From an uncultured delta proteobacterium (lineage in GTDB: Bacteria > Desulfobacterota > Zymogenia > Zymogenales > Zymogenaceae): a stretch of DNA of 64,000 nucleotides. Below the pieces are notes generated by a model that had not been told where the DNA came from, made no database searches, and saw only the letters and a program-made list of their open reading frames with translations. Position 1 is the stretch's first letter. The number at the start of each line of letters is the position of its first letter. The stretch is from positions 1,201,443 to 1,265,442 of the forward strand of contig CAWKCL010000007.1 of NCBI GenBank assembly GCA_963848155.1, given 5' to 3'. Below, in pieces: positions 62,953-64,000 of the stretch. A program made the position numbers and the translations under genes.

Positions 62953-64000
62953 CATGCAGATCGAAATCCCCCGCCGACTCTGGTACGATAACTCGTCATC
63001 GACTATCGAGCTTCCCGATACCTGGGATGTCCGGGTGCTGACCATGCGCGGGCGCGACCGGGCTCCCTTGTCGCCCGAAGGTATCGAGCACGCGGTCAAA
63101 CACCCTATCGGCTCTGCGGGCCTTTCCGAGCTTGCCCGGGGAAAGTCGAGCGCGGCCATCATCTTCGACGATATCACCCGCCCAACCCGGATATCGGAGA
63201 TCGCGCCCGTTGTCATTCGTGAGCTGGTGGCCGGGGGCATGAGCGAGGACGGTATTTCCTTTGTTGCCGCCCTCGGAAACCACGGCGCCCACACGCACCA
63301 CGAATTCAGGAAGAAGCTCGGGCCGCGGATTACGGAGCGATTTCCCGTCTACAACCATAATCCGTACGACCACTGCACGTTCGTCGGGACGACCTCCCGG
63401 GGAACGAAGCTCGCCGTCAACCGGGAGGTGATGGAGGCCGACCTCAGGATCGGCATCGGGTGCGTAACCGCCCATATTAACACCGGTTTTTCGGGCGGGG
63501 GAAAGATCATCCTGCCGGGCGTCGCCTCTGTAGAGAGCGCCGCCCATTATCATATTCATGTCAAGGAGCTGGCCCCCCAGACAACGGGACCCGGCACCGG
63601 CGACGAAAATGTCATGAGGCAGGATATCGAGGAGGCGGCCCGGATGGCCGGCCTGCACTTTAAGATCGACGCCGTCGTCAACGAGCGGGGGCAAACCACG
63701 GCCCTCTTTGCCGGGGACCCGCAGGAGGAGCACCGGCGCGCGGTGGAGCTTGCCCGCGAGGTCTATTCGGTGGGCCCGCGCCCCGAGGGCCGCAGGCTCG
63801 TGATCGCCAACGCGTTCGTGAAGGCAAACGAGATGTTCATCGCCGCCCGCATCGGGGCATCGGCGCTTTCAGACGCAACCGGGACGGTTGTGATCATCGC
63901 GGACTCCCCGGAGGGGCAGATCCCCCACTATCTCCAGCGCAGCTTCGGGCGCAACCATGGCGGCCGCCAGATGTCGCCGACCGAGATCCCGCCGGGGGTG
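62953..64000 (+). CDS. larA: LarA-like (nickel-dependent lactate racemase family, DUF2088) protein, 3'-truncated by window end
   Basis: MQIEIPRRLWYDNSSSTIELPDTWDVRVLTMRG... Open to the window edge, so absent from the closed-ORF track. The antisense 245-aa ORF there is a shadow. Confidence 0.55.

Noticed and set aside
62996-63733. 245-aa minus-strand ORF
   Set aside because: Antisense to the clearly conserved larA-like + strand frame.
1-64000. Search for integrase/recombinase, transposase, tRNA or rRNA genes
   Set aside because: None recognised by eye on either strand. The absence is noted as part of the main finding rather than as a feature.

Overview
High-GC (~60%) bacterial chromosomal segment, probably a metagenome-derived or error-prone assembly. 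Many housekeeping genes (lptD, arsM, uspA, spoIID-like, amidase, a PAS sensor, a GPAT-GpsA fusion) carry apparent single-frame shifts, so broken ORFs here do not by themselves mean pseudogenes. Gene content (MglA-type GTPase, V4R proteins, MJ0042-type zinc ribbons, SpoIID, LarA, ArsM) suggests an anaerobic delta-proteobacterium-like or related lineage.

Layout:
(i) 0.1-2.1 kb: corA and an enoyl-CoA hydratase.
(ii) 2.1-17.0 kb, all minus strand: a phage-derived head/tail/lysis module. In transcription order it reads scaffold, DUF2190 decoration-like, lambda-E-like major capsid, connectors, then a secreted 4x PPC-repeat moron with its own promoter and terminator, then connector/tail/fibre-like genes, then holin, M15 endolysin and spanin-like genes. 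No terminase, portal, integrase, tape measure or replication genes lie in or next to it.
(iii) 17-36 kb: host-like genes. These are a nitroreductase, a SHOCT protein, a split GmrSD-like type IV restriction enzyme, an XRE regulator divergent from a sigma-70 region-4-only HTH gene, an LCP protein, a multi-zinc-ribbon protein, purB, purF, an MglA-like GTPase-TPR fusion coupled to purF, a ~4.2 kb multi-PAS/GAF protein, DUF2892, and two zinc-ribbon-TM-DUF3426 proteins.
(iv) 36.3-39.5 kb, minus strand: an isolated packaging module. It holds a second sigma4-only HTH paralog, a small acidic ORF, the large terminase and the portal. It sits 19 kb from the structural module, in the same orientation and in the expected packaging-then-head order.
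(v) 39.7-64 kb: gltX, then a tandem triplicated secreted-protein cassette whose middle copy is degraded, each copy with its own hairpin terminator. After that come a permease, an ADP-forming acyl-CoA synthetase-like protein, a GPAT-like/GpsA fusion, uspA, spoIID-like, GNAT, arsM, an ICMT-family methyltransferase, an AbrB-like regulator, nfeD, an amidase, two tandem V4R paralogs, a TPR protein, lptD, hisI and a partial larA-like gene.

No rRNA, tRNA, CRISPR, integrase or transposase was recognised. The most notable feature is the split phage-derived system: structural plus lysis at 2-17 kb and terminase plus portal at 36-39.5 kb, each associated with a sigma4-like HTH paralog. This fits either a domesticated GTA-like element or a prophage bisected by rearrangement. 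All calls are from reading the sequence only; no searches were run.
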